64,000 bases of DNA from Camelus dromedarius (taxonomy: Eukaryota): contig NC_087436.1 of NCBI RefSeq assembly GCF_036321535.1, positions 66,218,001 through 66,282,000 of the forward strand. Reading direction: 5' to 3'. Below the pieces are notes generated by a model. It made no database searches. It was not told the DNA's origin and worked only from the letters and a program-made list of their open reading frames with translations. This document shows positions 14,218-28,524 of the stretch, piece after piece. Every line of letters begins with the position of its first letter. The stretch's first letter is position 1. The translations under genes and the position numbers were made by a program.

Positions 14218-17200
14218 TTAATTATAATTATGATATTTACCTCAACTAAACAATTATAGAAGTGACCATTCATAATAACTTATTGGTGGCTACTTACTTT
14301 TTAAATATTATGCATGACATTGGAATGCCTTTCGTGGCACCTTGTTTTATAATTGCAAACCATCTTTAACTACAAAACCTATGGAAGTTTTTCAAAAATT
14401 AGAAAAATGGTGTTTCTTTTTAAGAAAAAAAAAGCTATTGAGATGAAATACTATCTCTATACAACTTTGTACAGCAATGGTATTTTCCAATTTCTCTTAG
14501 AAATTCCTTGGCTTACCACAAGTAATGGCACAATTTCTAAAAAGTATGTTTACTAGACCTTTGCTTTGAGAATTCTTTAAATTATTTTTTTTAATATATC
14601 TTTTATTTTATCAGCACATAGTATCACATTTATCCCTCTTCTATGGAAGTCTAGACTATAGGAATTTAAATAATTTTGAACATGATAAATCACAACAAAA
14701 TAATTTTTAACATTCAGAGAGATTATTTTTACTGGAATTTATTGTTGAGCAAACATTTTGATTGTTCATTAGTTAAATCCACTAAATAGAATACATCATT
14801 ACAGATTTAAGTTAGTATATACATGGTTGTGGTTCTTTGTGAATTCGATTATTTTCCAAAACTACTAACAATTATTCCAATAAAGTTAAATTTATGCCAA
14901 AAGAGGAATAAATTACCTTCAGAATAAAGAATACATGGAATAGTTGTTGAATTCAGTAACATGAAATAGGGTTATCCAACTTACCTAGAATATGTGGTAG
15001 TATGCATATGGGAGGGTTCTTTGGTTTTTTTTAAGCCTCTTGAAATCTTAAAAAAATATTCACAGAATTGTAGGCACAGTGTCACCTGGATTTGTATAAT
15101 TCTTTATTCTTCATCTCAGTTTTGAAAACAAAGTTTACTTTCTCTGTGACACATTTGTGAGAAGATGAGAGTGAACAGAGTGTGATATATAGAGATATGA
15201 GTGTGAAAATCACTGAGGCTCTCCAGGAAAGACTTCAAGATACAAGCAAGAATGATAATTACAAGTCTTAATGAACAGATGGTAGGAGATTAAAAAAAAA
15301 GACTAGTGGAGGATTAGCAGCTGAGGACATTTCACCATTTTTGGTACATTGACTAAAAATAAGAGAAATGGGCAAAATTATATTTTTGTGTGTATACATA
15401 TATACAATTTATAGTATTTCTTTTTCATGAAAACCATTGTTCTTTCCCTTTTTGCCTTAACAGCTAACATTGTCATTATAGTTCCTCCTCTTTCTACATC
15501 TTCACCATTCTGATTGCTGTGGTGTCACCAGTGTAATCTAAAAGATGACTCACAACAAAGCAGAACTGAAAAATTATGAGCTTTAGAAGAGCATAAGATA
15601 GTCACTCTATAGGACAAGGAAAATCACAGTAAAGAAAGTTCTAAAACAGAGCTAAGAAAAATGTTGAACTGACACAAGCCAGAAAACTAGGAGGAAGACA
15701 AGAAATCAAGATGAGTCAGAACACCTAAGAGAACAAAGGACAGAGATAAAAGACATGTAAGGAGAATTTTCCCTCAGGAAACCCAGTCTTCTGATAAGAG
15801 TTTCATATATTTTTTTCTTTAAAAAATTAACAGTTTCTATTGTAACTCTAGGGCCTGAAAATAAACAGCATCAGAAATACCATAATAAAAAAAAATGATT
15901 TGATGTCAGAAAATAAAGAAGTCAACTGTAAAAAATCTTATAGTTATAAAACTGTGGTTATATAACAACTGTAGTTATAAAAATATAACTATATATAATA
16001 CTTATGATATTTATTGTTTAAATAATTTATCAATTTGAAGAAAATATTCATTGCTGTCCAATTTTAAAATATGCTAAAAAGATAAAATATTAAGGCAATC
16101 AATACATAACTCTTTTTTAACCATTATATATACAATATATATTGTTAGATTTATCAATATTTCTTCATTTCCTTTCACCATTTCCAAATATATTAAACAT
16201 AATGTCCAACTTAGTTGACTTTTAGATACTTCTCTGTAATGTGATACAGCAAAAAATGTTTGTGTTCCTGTCCTTTGTGAAAGCTAAAAAAACCAATGAG
16301 TTTTTGAAATACAGTGTATTAAGTGCAAGATTTCCTGAATATTATTTTTCTTTGAGTGATGGATATACTTTTAAAGTAAAGGTAATTTTGAAAAAGTAGA
16401 AAAAGATATAATTTACTTAAAGCTATTAAAGTGTAGAACTGTGCTTAGAAAAGTGACTAAAATAATAGGTGTATAATAGGTATCAAGAAATTGTTATGTC
16501 TTGATTAAGGCTAACCATATTACTGTCACATTTTCAATTGTCCAATTCTGAAACTGGATATTTCTAGGATGTTTTGCAAGCTACTTAACCTCATTTTCCC
16601 AATTACTAGAAATAGGCTCTGGAACACATACACATAGAACTGGCTCTAAAATTTTAAGTTGCCATGTTGTTGTTCTGTTGGTGTATAGATACAAACTAAC
16701 ATAAAATAGTCATAAAATTACACATCAAGGTGACTGCACATTCTTCTTAACACATACATTAAATTTTGATTAGTTTCCTTGTTTTCAGACAATAATAAAT
16801 ATTTGTTTTATACAGTCATTATTAACTTATATAAAATCATTTTCTTGTATCTTTCTACTTAATAGTAAAAAGGTCTTTTTCAGATGTCTTTGCACTTATT
16901 ACCACAATCCAAACTTTCTGAAACTACTTTATTAGATAAGATTGTTCTAAGTTTTTGCAAGGATGGCAATTCAATTGCTAGCTTAACAAAGCATATGCAT
17001 TTAAAATTTAAATAAACTGGACATACTTGTGGAAATTACCAGGGTAACATCTTTCACATAGAATATGTCCTAAAATACAAATTTGGTGTTTTCAATAACT
17101 TAGAAAATATTGGCATGAATATACAGGGAATTTAATTAACAAGCTAAAAAAAGCTAGAGAATTAATCCATGACAGATCTCTATACTTCTGTTTTATTCTT

Positions 17201-17728
17201 TTTTTCTCTACTACAATGCATTTCTGGTTTTTTAATGCATATCCAAATCCTACATGTCTTTATAGTGAAATATCAGCACTCACCTTCCTCAGTAATGTTA
17301 AACTGGCTAAACATGTTTCAAGTAATTCTATTCCATCCTGTATATGATTTATGTTTCTATTAAAAATTCTAAATAGATTTGTCCCAAATATAAATAAACT
17401 TTATATACATTGACTATTTATGTTTTATGTCTATATTCTTTATGTATACATATTGAATCTTCCTAATGAGCAATTATTTGAAGGTTAATGAGGCATCTTT
17501 TATCTTTTGTAATTATTCATTAAGCCTAGCATAATGTGATATATACAGAAGGTATCCAGTAAATGTTCTACATTTTTCCTGAAAGAAAATACTGAAAATG
17601 ATGAAACTACTACCTATTTACTCCCAAGTATTATTAAACAATTTGATGTATTTTAAATTGTGAGCTTTAAATATTCTTAGAAAAGAAATGTTGTTCAACT
17701 AAATCCAAAATATTTAAAATGGATCTTA

Positions 17729-17960
17729 GCAAAATCTATAGATGTACAACACTAAAAATGAATTCTAATGTAAACTATAGACTTTGGGTAATAATGATGT
17801 GTCAGTGAAGGTTCAGAGATTGTAACAAATGCACCACTCTGTATGTTTATGCTGGAGGACGCTGTTTATGCGTGGGGCAAGGGGAATGGGACCTCTGTGT
17901 ATATTCTACACAATTTTGCTTTGAATCTAAAGCTGCTCTAAAAAATTAAGTTTATTAAAA
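17729..17960 (+). mobile_element. L1MC-like 3' end fragment
   Basis: taatgtaaactatagactttgggtaataatgatgtgtcagtg...tgtaacaaatgcaccactct...aaagctgctctaaaaaattaagtttatt. Confidence 0.75.
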
Positions 17961-18519
17961 ATTGTTAACTAGTGATTTTAAACATTATCAGTATGCTTAA
18001 CAGATGTAGGTAAACTGATTGAAAAGTTGTAAAAATAAAAATTAGACAAACATACAAATATTTCCCCATAAATAATAATAGGAAATCTCTTAGTGAGGTA
18101 AATGTAGCCATTAATAAAGTTAAAGAACATAATTTAAATACATTATGTAAATAATTCCTATGTGGAAGAGATTTGACCAATATAAATGCATGGAGGAAAA
18201 ATTTTGTTTTATATTTGCTTTAATATAAAGAAATACCTTGTATTGATTAATGCCTTTCATACATAGGACTTTCTTATTAGAATTTTAAAAGTTCAAATAA
18301 AAAATTAAAAGAATGTTGAATATTAAAGCATGAATTAGAAAGTTAGATATGAAAATGTTCATGGTGAAGAGGTGTTTAGCATAATATTACTTCTGAGATC
18401 CACATAAAAATGTGGTGTCCACACATTCATCAAAATATTAAACTTATTCTTACAGATAAATTTGAACCAATCTGAGAAAAAAACTATAATATAAACTCAA
18501 AATTATATTAAAAACTTAC

Positions 18520-18571
18520 ATGCTTTGTGAAATTTTTGTTTAACATCATGAATAGTAGATTTTTGTGTCAT
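18520..18571 (-). CDS. TECRL: TECRL coding exon 2 (52 nt; MTQKSTIHDVKQKFHKA plus first base of the next codon)
   Basis: The reverse complement reads ATG ACA CAA AAA TCT ACT ATT CAT GAT GTT AAA CAA AAA TTT CAC AAA GCA T, matching recalled TECRL VTQSSTIHDVKQKFHKAC. It is preceded by ...TTTTTACTATTTTCCTTTTCAG and followed by GTAAGT, and is in frame with exon 1. It is too short for the ORF track. Confidence 0.95.
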
Positions 18572-21500
18572 CTGAAAAGGAAAATAGTAAAAATTGTAAG
18601 AAAAAATGTTAATTTCCTTGAGATATATTTAAGAAGAAAACATAATTTAATATGTTTAAAATATAAAATTAGTACAAAATAACCAGTCTGTTTTGTTTAG
18701 CTCTTTAGTCACTACTGCTTTGACAGTCATGAAACATTGAGTCAATCTTTTTCCGAAAGTTTTAGATTTGTATTTAACAATAATGGTGTAATTTTGAGAC
18801 CATCAATTAAACGTATGAGTAACTTAATAAGAAAGAGAGAAAGTAAAGGAGTTTACCAGAGGAGTCCAGGGATATAAAACTGATTTATATGGACAAAAAA
18901 GGGATGTTTTCCTTCAGAATATCATGAGGAAAAAAATAACCTGTCTAAGCCCCCAAGTTAGTTATGTTTTTAAAACTTCCATCCAAAAATACTAAGTCTA
19001 TCAAAATTTATATTGAATTGTATTTTTTTGATTCCTTAAGTATATAATGGTTTGACCAATTATTTCATCTTAATCTACTAAAATTAACTCTATTATTAGA
19101 AAAATGAATAAAATAAATATTTCTTTATCTAAACATTAGAATTCATAAAGATAAGAATTCTATCCAAATACCTCAAGTTATCACAATATTTTCGACTTTC
19201 TGACTTTGTTCACATCAAACTTGCAAACTGAAATTCTCCTTCATCTCTGATTCCTTCCATTGGCTTATGAAAAACCCAACAATTCTTTAAAGTCTACATC
19301 AAAGACATTTTCACAATTATTCAATAAAAATTTATTTCCTTTCTTTAAACATGTATAGAATATTATATATATGATTTTATTTTGCTACTCTAAAATCTTA
19401 TGGCTGTTTTTAGAAAATGAAATGAAAAAAATGTACATAAAGCGATGGCACATAATAATTCTCCAAGAAGTCCTTGCTAACATTATTATATTTAATATTA
19501 CATATCAAAAGTATAACAATGTATACACTTATTTTACTATATTCCAGTCCCTCCCATAGCCAAGTATATGCTATACCATTCAGAAAATTTTTGTCTGATT
19601 TCTTTTTCGTATACAGTTTACTAAATAAGAAAGTTTTTAGATTTAAACACTGAAGAATAATATTAGTCCCCATTTGTGTTATGCTGTAAATAACAAAAGG
19701 ACCCCAAATAATTATGTTGGTATGAAATTTTAAATATTTCATAGCATTGTTCTTCTCTGGAAGATGTTAGGAAATATTTGAAAAAAGTTTTTAGAGACAC
19801 TGATATATATGTATGTATGCTTGAATATATTATATTTTAATTATAACTTTGATATTTGAATTATATTTTTAAATGTGATGGTTTGTTTTAACAGTGTTCA
19901 TTGCTTTATCTCACTGTTACTTATCACAAAGCACTATCATATGTTGCTTCTTCTGACAGGGAATGCCTAAAATTCACTAGAATAACAGATATTTGTCTAT
20001 CAGTCTTTTCAAGGGCCATCTAATCTCAAAAAAACAGGTGATTTTCATGATTAACAACTCATAGTTAGGGTTTGCTGAATGCTCAACTTCCTCTTTATGA
20101 GGGCACATAATCTTGTGTTTATCTGCTGGTGGTTCCAACAATCTTGAACACAATGACCTAGAGTATTATAGTTTGTGTTTAACATGTGGTACACCATATA
20201 GCATGTAATAAAATTGAAGTCAACAATTAAGTTGTGAGTACAAAGTCACGTGAAAACAGTTCCTTGATCTTACATGAAAATCTTTCACAAGTAGATTATT
20301 ATGAAAAAGCTGTATGCTTTTCCCCAAACTACAATACATTAAAGACAGTCTTCTAATTGACATATACATATTTTTTCCTGAATTTGCAAACTTTCTAGCC
20401 TAAGATTATGCTTTCCTGAAAGAAATCTACATGTGGGAAGTGGGTTATTATTACAAGCTTTTCACAAAGTTTTTAATTCGTTATTTTTTTAAAATTACAT
20501 TTCACTTTCACATGTTAGAAAAGGGCTGATTTTGAATAAATCTTTTAGAACTGCCCTTTCTGGAATAATTTTAGTCAAATACAGCAGGAAAAATATAATT
20601 AACCATTAAATGATTCAGACAGTGTTGCTCAATTAGCCACAAGACTGACTGTGCTTGATCAACTCTTTCAGTACTTTAGTTGTACTCAGAGCACAAAGAG
20701 AAGAAAAGATGATAATTAACAGAGCATAAAAGAATTTCTGATTACTAAATTTATGCCTCCGTAGCTTCATCAGTAAGTTTATTCATAATAACTTCTACTT
20801 TGTAGCTAGTTTTACAAGCTCTTAAAAAGAAGAAGCTATCATTACAATAATTTATTCACTTTTGTAAATAACAATTAATTGTGCATATGAGAGAAATGAG
20901 TATTCTAACATCTGAAATCCTGAAGTTCTCTTCTTAAATGTTTCTTTCTCATCAGAAGAAATTAATCTTAAAATGTTAAGTAGGACAAGGTAAATGATGT
21001 TTGTTTGTTGAACCAAAATTTTACCTCTAAATTTCAACTGATCATAGTTGAGTTTTGGGTCATTATTGCTTTATTCAACACTTAAGTTGATGAACTTAGG
21101 AAAAGCTTTCCACATTTAAGTGAAACAGGATTTGCCTGAATTTGCCCCATATGAAAATACTGCAGTAAAGAAACCCTTTTTTTTTTTTTGTACTACTACT
21201 ACTTTTTAAAACTGTATTCTAGCCACTTCTCAGGAACTCATTGAAATGAACAGATATCTTCAAACTACCTCCAAAACAAAAAATATCCTACTTAAAGAAA
21301 TGAAAATTAAGTGGTAAGGAAAAACAACTTGAAATTTGTTTGACAGAGTAATTGCAATGTGCAAACCAAAAATTGTTAGTAAACTCTGTAAATAAATGTT
21401 TCTACTAAAGACACACTATAGTACATATAAAATATAAAGACACATAAAATAGTTCCATATACTTTACTCAGGATGGACGAGGAGTTTTCTAAGTAAACAA

Positions 21501-23649
21501 ATGTTATTTTACTAGTAAGTAATCTTCAGATTGTAACTAAAATACAAATAAGCAATAAGCGATCTATATGAAAACATTTTTATAAATTCAAAACATGTTT
21601 GGTATTTTATAGAATATCAAGTATTTTCACCATGAATAAAATTGACATGATACTACAAATATGCAGAAATATCAGTTTTAATAAAATTTAATTGTTTTAA
21701 GTTTAACTATATTTCATTTACTATTTAAGAAATTGGAAAATTATTTTGTATCATACCAATTTTATTTCTTTATAAACTATAATGAATTACTTAAAATGAG
21801 TTTTTGTTATGTCAAAATAATATATATGTATCCATATATATTTCAGTTTTTAATATTATAAATATATTGCAATAACACATTTGGTCAACTTCATTTTAAT
21901 TCAAAAACAAAATAAACATTAAAACATAAAATAAATTCTTTAAAATCTTCACCATAGAAAGTTTCAAAAATATATTAATCTGAATAATGTATTTTTAAAT
22001 AAATACTTCACTCCCCAGTAAATTATATGTATATGTAAATTTTATTTAGGCATATAGCCCAGATATTATTTTTATTTTTATTACATATACATATATATCA
22101 TATAAATATTGTAAATATAAAAGAAGAGGGAAAAATATGGTAAAAATATGACTGGATATCTAATTTTATTACATATAATTTTGGTATAGTTATTATATTA
22201 TAACATTGCAGGCATAAATAAATACAATTTCAATAGCTACTCTAAGACTAATATTTAATTTTTGTAATCCTTCAATAAAACTGAATGTCTCTTATTGACT
22301 AGAATATTTATTTGTAGTGTCTATCACTAAGTCATTTTATTTCTATTTAATACAAAAATAGTAGTCTTTATATATTATTTATTGAATAAATGACTTTCTA
22401 TATACTTGTTTTCTGTCTTATAGCTTGAAATTCTAAAATATTGAAAATAAAGAAGAAATTTTAAAATTGAAATTAGAGCTGGATACCCTAAAAAGTACAA
22501 AAAGAAGTAATATTTTATAAGTCGGAAAATAATTCAGATTTTAAGAACACAGAATTTTTCATGGTGAATACTCTTTCTGGAAGTTTTAGAATATGTTTTG
22601 TATCCTAGGTGAGAATATTTTAGAACTAGAGGGAATCGTAAACACCAGAGTTAAAAGCACATTTTTAAGAATAAAATAAAGCTTGGTGAATTAACATTTA
22701 TGATTACTTCATAGGTGACTTTGACTATGCTTTCCTACTGCAAGTTTATGAAGCCAAGAAAATAATCCTTGCACTCAGGAGAGTTTACATGATATAACTG
22801 AAATCATAAAGCCCAAATCATATTAAATGAAGTAATTTCTGTCTAAATACTGAAGAACTATTTCAAATAAAATAGTATTACCTATGAGCAAACTAATAAG
22901 TAATCATTAAGAAAAAATATATGTTAAAAACATTAGTGAACAAATGACAATCATTTTCCTTTTCAAATAGTCACACATATTATTACATGAAAATTAACTG
23001 CTATGTGAAGATAGTTAACAAATGAATATTTTATTTTCTATTGATTAATCATTCAACTTCAAAATCAATGTAAATATGCATAATCCAAATTAATTTATAT
23101 TCACTTCTTTCAAAAAGTGATTTTTCCATAAACACAAAAATTTTACATTAATAAGACAGTTCATTAAAATGTATGCAAATAAAACTAAAGAGAAAAGAAA
23201 AAGTCCCTGTGATATATTTTAACTCCAGTTTGACTCTTCTTACACTCTTTCAAACTGTAAAATATTTCAGAGTCCATATTAAGTGATACAATTGACTAGT
23301 GATGATCAGAATAAAAAGGCTTTCTTGGAATAAGTAAGTTTATAGTCTGTTGAAAATTATTGATTAAAACATAATTGGTTTCCACTTGGTTTGCAGTGAC
23401 AGTGACAAGGACATTTACCAAAATCACTTCATCTTTAGTTTTAAAAGGGAAATATGACATTTATGCATACTTCAATTATTATTGCCATGAAATTTATTTT
23501 GAATAGTCTCAAATATAGTGAAAATTACAATGGAAGTGATAAGTAATAATGAACTCAGTATCAATAGTAGATATCCATCTGTTTTGTGTTTATGTATGTA
23601 TGTATATATCCTACTTATTAGTAATAAAAATTATAGTTTATCCTGTACT

Positions 23650-24105
23650 ATTATGGTGATTGTAAAAATAGCCGGAATATTTTGCAGATCCTCCCCTCAA
23701 GTAGAGTTTACTTCCCTGGACGTTAAATTTAAGCTAGCCTTGTGATTTGCTTGAACCAAAAGCATGTGTTGAAAGTGAGGCTGTGCCAGTTGCAAATCTA
23801 ACACCCAAGAGGCCATGTATTCCTAGTCTTTGTGCTAACATCCCTGATCAGCACCATGTAAAGAAGCCTGAGTTAGCTTCCCCAGTGATGACAGAGATGT
23901 GGCCCAGTTACACCCTTTCCTAGAGATCATTCATTCCCAGATCAGTGACCAAGCAGCAGCGACCTGGCAGCAGGCTTGAGAGCCCAGCAGATGTCAGCAG
24001 ATCTGCTGAGCAGCTGTATGCTAAATCACCAAATAACAGAATAATAAGATAAACAATGGTCTTTATTTTAAGCTGATAACTTTTGAGTATTTGCTTTCAA
24101 GTGGT
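23650..24105 (+). mobile_element. MLT1 (F/G/H-like) MaLR LTR
   Basis: Contains gctagccttgtgatttgcttgaaccaaaagcatgtgttgaaagtgaggctgtgccagtt and the end motif ctttattttaagctgataacttttgagtatttgc. Confidence 0.6.
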
Positions 24106-25269
24106 AAAGAACTATTAAAAATATTAGTCATTAAGAAGGGACAAGGAAGAGAAATATATAGTTCAGTCATTTCACTGTACAGATTACAAATTCAGAAGAG
24201 AGATGTTTACTTTTTAAATACTTACATCAGGTTTGTAGATCACCTGAGATGTTAACTCTATTGTATAATTAACTTTTTACTATTTTCTACTGATGATATT
24301 AAAGATACATGTCGATTAAATTTAACTTTAAAAAAATACACTCAAATTTCAACTTCTATACACAGAAATGAAACTAACATGGTACCACTGTGAAATATGT
24401 CACATATTTAGTTTTATAATAAATCTGAAACTATTCATCAGTCATATAAATATTTAACCTTAATATTCAAGTTACTTAGTGTCTGCTTTTGAAAGATGCA
24501 CAGTGCAGTTAAACTGAATTTCAGCAAAAAACAAAACAAAAAAGTAACAGAAAACAAAACCAAAATTTTATAATGCATAAGATCTTAAAATGTAAGGTTT
24601 ATTACCTTGGTGACTCAAGGAAATCCCCATTTTAAGATTCATATTATTTCTTGGGAAATGAGTTATGGGTAGCCAGTTTTCTAAAAAAAAAAAAGTAGGA
24701 TTTTACCTACCTCTTTAAGCATCAAATATTTAAACCCATCCAATTTGAACACTTTTCTTCCTAAAATACATTTATTGTCCTACCAAGAGAAGGATAATTT
24801 AAATGGTTCTTGGAAACTAAAGACAAATTAGTTATTTTAGCAAATATTTGTTCTATTGATCTCCACTTCTCTAAAAAGTGATGCTGGTTGTTAGACTGGG
24901 ATCTTTGGCTTGCTTTGGACAATGAAATGTGGATAGAAGAGGCAAAGTCCATTTCAAACAATAGGTCTTAAAAGGCACAAAAACATCTGGGAGCTTCTGG
25001 CTTATACCTTGATGAGTGTATGTTCTCTCATTTCTTGGACTTGTTCCTGCACTCGCTTGCTACACGTGTCACTTGTCTTTCTTGAGAACACAGGCAGCCT
25101 AATTGTTTCATCTAAAACAAGCAGCTAGATTGTTTCATCTAAGCAAATCAATTAATAGAATTTGAGTGAGAAATTGGGGCTCTGCATATGATTAAAGTGA
25201 ATGAACTTTGAAACAAATTTTGGAGGAAATAACTTCATTGCAAAGAGTTTGCTTACTCAAGTAGATTTA

Positions 25270-25975
25270 TAATTGTTCAAAATATTGGTTGTTCCTCCCT
25301 GGGCAGGCCTCCCAGAGGGAATATTTGGTGTCTCTCCCATGTTGAACTCAGGCATGACACTGATTGACCAGTGAAATAATGAGAGGAAACAAATGTTTAA
25401 TATTCAAGCAGAAGCTTTAAGAGCCAGAGTGTGTGTGGTTCAGCAACTGTTAGGGACTGAAAATGTTTTTGTGTCCCACAATCCATGTTGAAATTCTGTT
25501 CCATAATGTGATGTTATTAGGAGCTAGAGTCTTTGGGAGGTAATTAAATCATGTGGGTGGAGCTTTCATGAAGGAATTAGTGCCCTTATAAAAGAAACTC
25601 CAGAGAATTCTTAGTGCTGTATATACAATTAGAAAATAGACTGCAGCTTCAAAGGGGATCCTAACCAGAACCTGGCCATGATGGCACCTTGATCTTAGAC
25701 TTCCAGCTTCCATAACTGTGAGAAATAAATTTTTGTTGTTTAAAAGGTGACCAGTCTATGTAACTTTATAGCAGTCTATAGTGACTATGATACCCCTACT
25801 CTATTCACTCTACTTGGAAGCTGACATGACAACGACAAGAGCTGCTTCATCAACCTGGTTGCAGGAAAGAGAGCTCAGAGCATGGCCACATCTCATCCAC
25901 ATTGGCATGTCATATGGGTGTGAATTAAACCTTTGTTATTGTCCATCATTGATTATTTGGAGTCATTGATTAATT
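25270..25975 (+). mobile_element. Older MLT1 (I/J-like) MaLR LTR interrupted by the MLT1A copy
   Basis: Left part aagcagaagctttaagagccag and right part gctgcttcatcaacctgg...aattaaacctttgttattgt resemble old MLT1 consensus. Confidence 0.55.
25448..25792 (+). mobile_element. MLT1A-like MaLR LTR nested in an older MLT1 LTR
   Basis: Hallmark segments: gggactgaaaatgtttttgtgtccc, ctttgggaggtaattaaatcatg, gcaccttgatcttagacttccagc, aactgtgagaaataaatttttgttgttt. Confidence 0.8.
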
Positions 25976-27159
25976 TAGACTGAAGACTACTGTTATGTGT
26001 TGTGTATTGTCTATATTCAAAAAGTGGTAGGATTTTTTCTTAGATAACTAGATTTAATCTATGGATGTGAAGAGACCCTCATATCCTATACCCTCGATGG
26101 ATAGTTTTAAAAGGATTCCCCAAACATCAGAGATCACTTCAAATTCTGAAGTGATGGTAATACATTTCTTTTTATCTACTTCAATATTTCTACTTCAGTA
26201 TTTATGCTACAGTTTTTAAAATATGGAGACTGTGAAATGAGTTTCAAGCAAAAATAATTAGGGAGAAAAACCAACTTTAGAAAGTTCATATTATTGATTA
26301 GTTGTTTGACATCAAACCACAGAGATAGATGCTACAATTACTTCTGCACCACTGGCTCACTGCCCTCATAAATGCAATGACATAGTGCCAGCCACTGAAA
26401 GCGATGGCATTGCTTTTCAAATTTCATTGTGTGTATTGCATGTTCACAGATGAATTCATCCTCAACAATTAAACAAACTCTGAGTATTGATCATCTTAGA
26501 ATAGTGAAAAATTTATTATGTAATGTGCCTGAAAATCTGAAAAATATTTGATGATTAAATGAGCCATGAATCATCAACATCTTCATTACATCTCTTTACG
26601 TTATATCATGCTTTATCTGGAATTCTGATCAATGCATTTCCATGACTTTGAAGGCCATATATTTCCATACCCTCAAATGTATATCTCCAACACTAAGTTG
26701 TTTTCATAGCTGCAAACTTACATATACAATTGAATATTTAACACATTGACATGGATGGCTCACAGTGATCACAAATTTAAAAATGCAGAACTGAATGCTA
26801 TATGGGTTAAGCCAAAAACTGCTTCTACTCCATTAATGAAACCAATATTGAATTTTTCAAGCCAGAGTGTTTATATAAACCGTAAATTTTCAACTTCATT
26901 GTCAGGGAAATCTGAGCTTTACTGATTTGATCTCCTATGTTTAAAATCATCCCCCTTCTGCTGTCAAAAATTTTTTCAGTATCACCTACTAGAAACATAT
27001 TAGGTAATCATTAAACATTCACTGAAGAAATTAATATTCAGTGGAGACATAGAGTACCTAATATATTCAATTTATTTAATTATCTTATATGTATAATAAA
27101 ATATCTTATTAACTGGCTTTACAGTTTTGTGCATACATTTATTAAATGTTTTATTAATT

Positions 27160-28335
27160 TTTTTCAGATTTATTTAGGCATAACTGACAGATTAAATGGT
27201 TAAGATATTTAAAAGTTACAATGTGGTAAATTGATACACATATACATTGTTAAAGGATTCCCTTGTTGAGTTAATTAACATATTCATCATCTTACCTAAT
27301 TACCCTTTTTGGTTTTGGTGGGAACATTTAAGTTCTACTCTCTTAACAGATTTCAATTTTACAATACAGTGGTATCAGCTATAGTCATCATGTTATGCAA
27401 TAGATCCTCTGGTCTTATTCTTCTTACAGCTGGAAGTTCGTACCCTTTTACCAACTTCTCTTTATTTCCCTCAAACTTCAGCCAGCAACAATCACTTTTC
27501 TACTTTCTTATTCTATGAGTTTAACTTTTTTTTCAATTCCACATATACGTAACACCAGGCAGTATTTGTCTTTCTCTGCCTAGCTTATTTCTCTTAGCAT
27601 AATATGTTGTTGCAATGACAGAATTTCCTTCTTTTTAAAGACTTAATGATAGTTCATTGAATATATATAATGCACATATATATAATATATATACATATTT
27701 TCTTTATCCATTCATCTGTAGATGGATACTTAGGTTGTTTCCATACCTTGACTATTGTAAATAGTGCTGCTAATAAACATGACAGCACAGATATCTCTGA
27801 GATGGTGATTTTGTTTCTTCTGAATATATACTAAAAAGTTGGATTGTTGGATTATATGGTAATTCTATTTTCAATTTCTTGAGGAACCTCCATACTGTTT
27901 CCATAGAGGCTGTGCCAATTTATATTCCTACCAGCAAGTGCACAAGGGTTCCCTTTTCTTTACATTCTGGCCAAAACATGTTATCTCTTGTCTTTTTAAT
28001 GATATCTGCTATAACCAATAGATAGCCAATGAGGTTATGTCTCATTGTGGTTTTGATTTGCATTTCCCTGATGATTAGTGATTTTTGAGCATCTTTTCAT
28101 GTACTTAATTGGCCATCTGTATGTCTTTGGAAAAAATGTCTATTTAGGTCTTTTTTCTACTTTCAAATTGGGTTACTTATACCTTTGCTATTGTATGAGT
28201 TCCTGGTGTATTTTGGATATTAACCCCTTATTGGATATGTAGTTTGCAAATATTTTCTCCCATTTCATAAGTTGTCTTTTCATTTTGTTGATAGTTTTCT
28301 TTACTGTGCAGAAGCTTTTTAATTTGATGTAATCC
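27160..28335 (-). mobile_element. Old L1 (L1MA-like) 3' end and ORF2 C-terminal remnant
   Basis: Reverse-strand L1 hallmarks: aacatttaagttctactctcttaac, ttctttatccattcatctgtagatggatacttaggttgtttccatacc, gtctcattgtggttttgatttgcatttccctgatgattagtga, gtgcagaagctttttaatttgatgtaatcc. Confidence 0.85.
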
Positions 28336-28524
28336 TGCCTTATTGTCTGTAATCCTACAGTTTTAGATGGAAGAAGAAATATTTTACAACATACATATAT
28401 GTATGTATTGTATGCATCTGCTCTCCTCTTTCTCTTTGTTATGTTTTTCCAATGATAAAAGGATCTTTAATATTGAAATAACAAAATTACAAATATCATC
28501 TTTAATTCAAGTTTCATTGAATGC

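Larger units (their letters stand above)
1..18519 (-). other. TECRL: TECRL intron 2 (partial; exon 3 lies beyond the left edge)
   Basis: Donor GTAAGT at 18519-18514. I could not find sequence encoding the expected next exon (CPKWYPSRVGLQLECG-like) in 1-18519 by eye. Confidence 0.75.
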
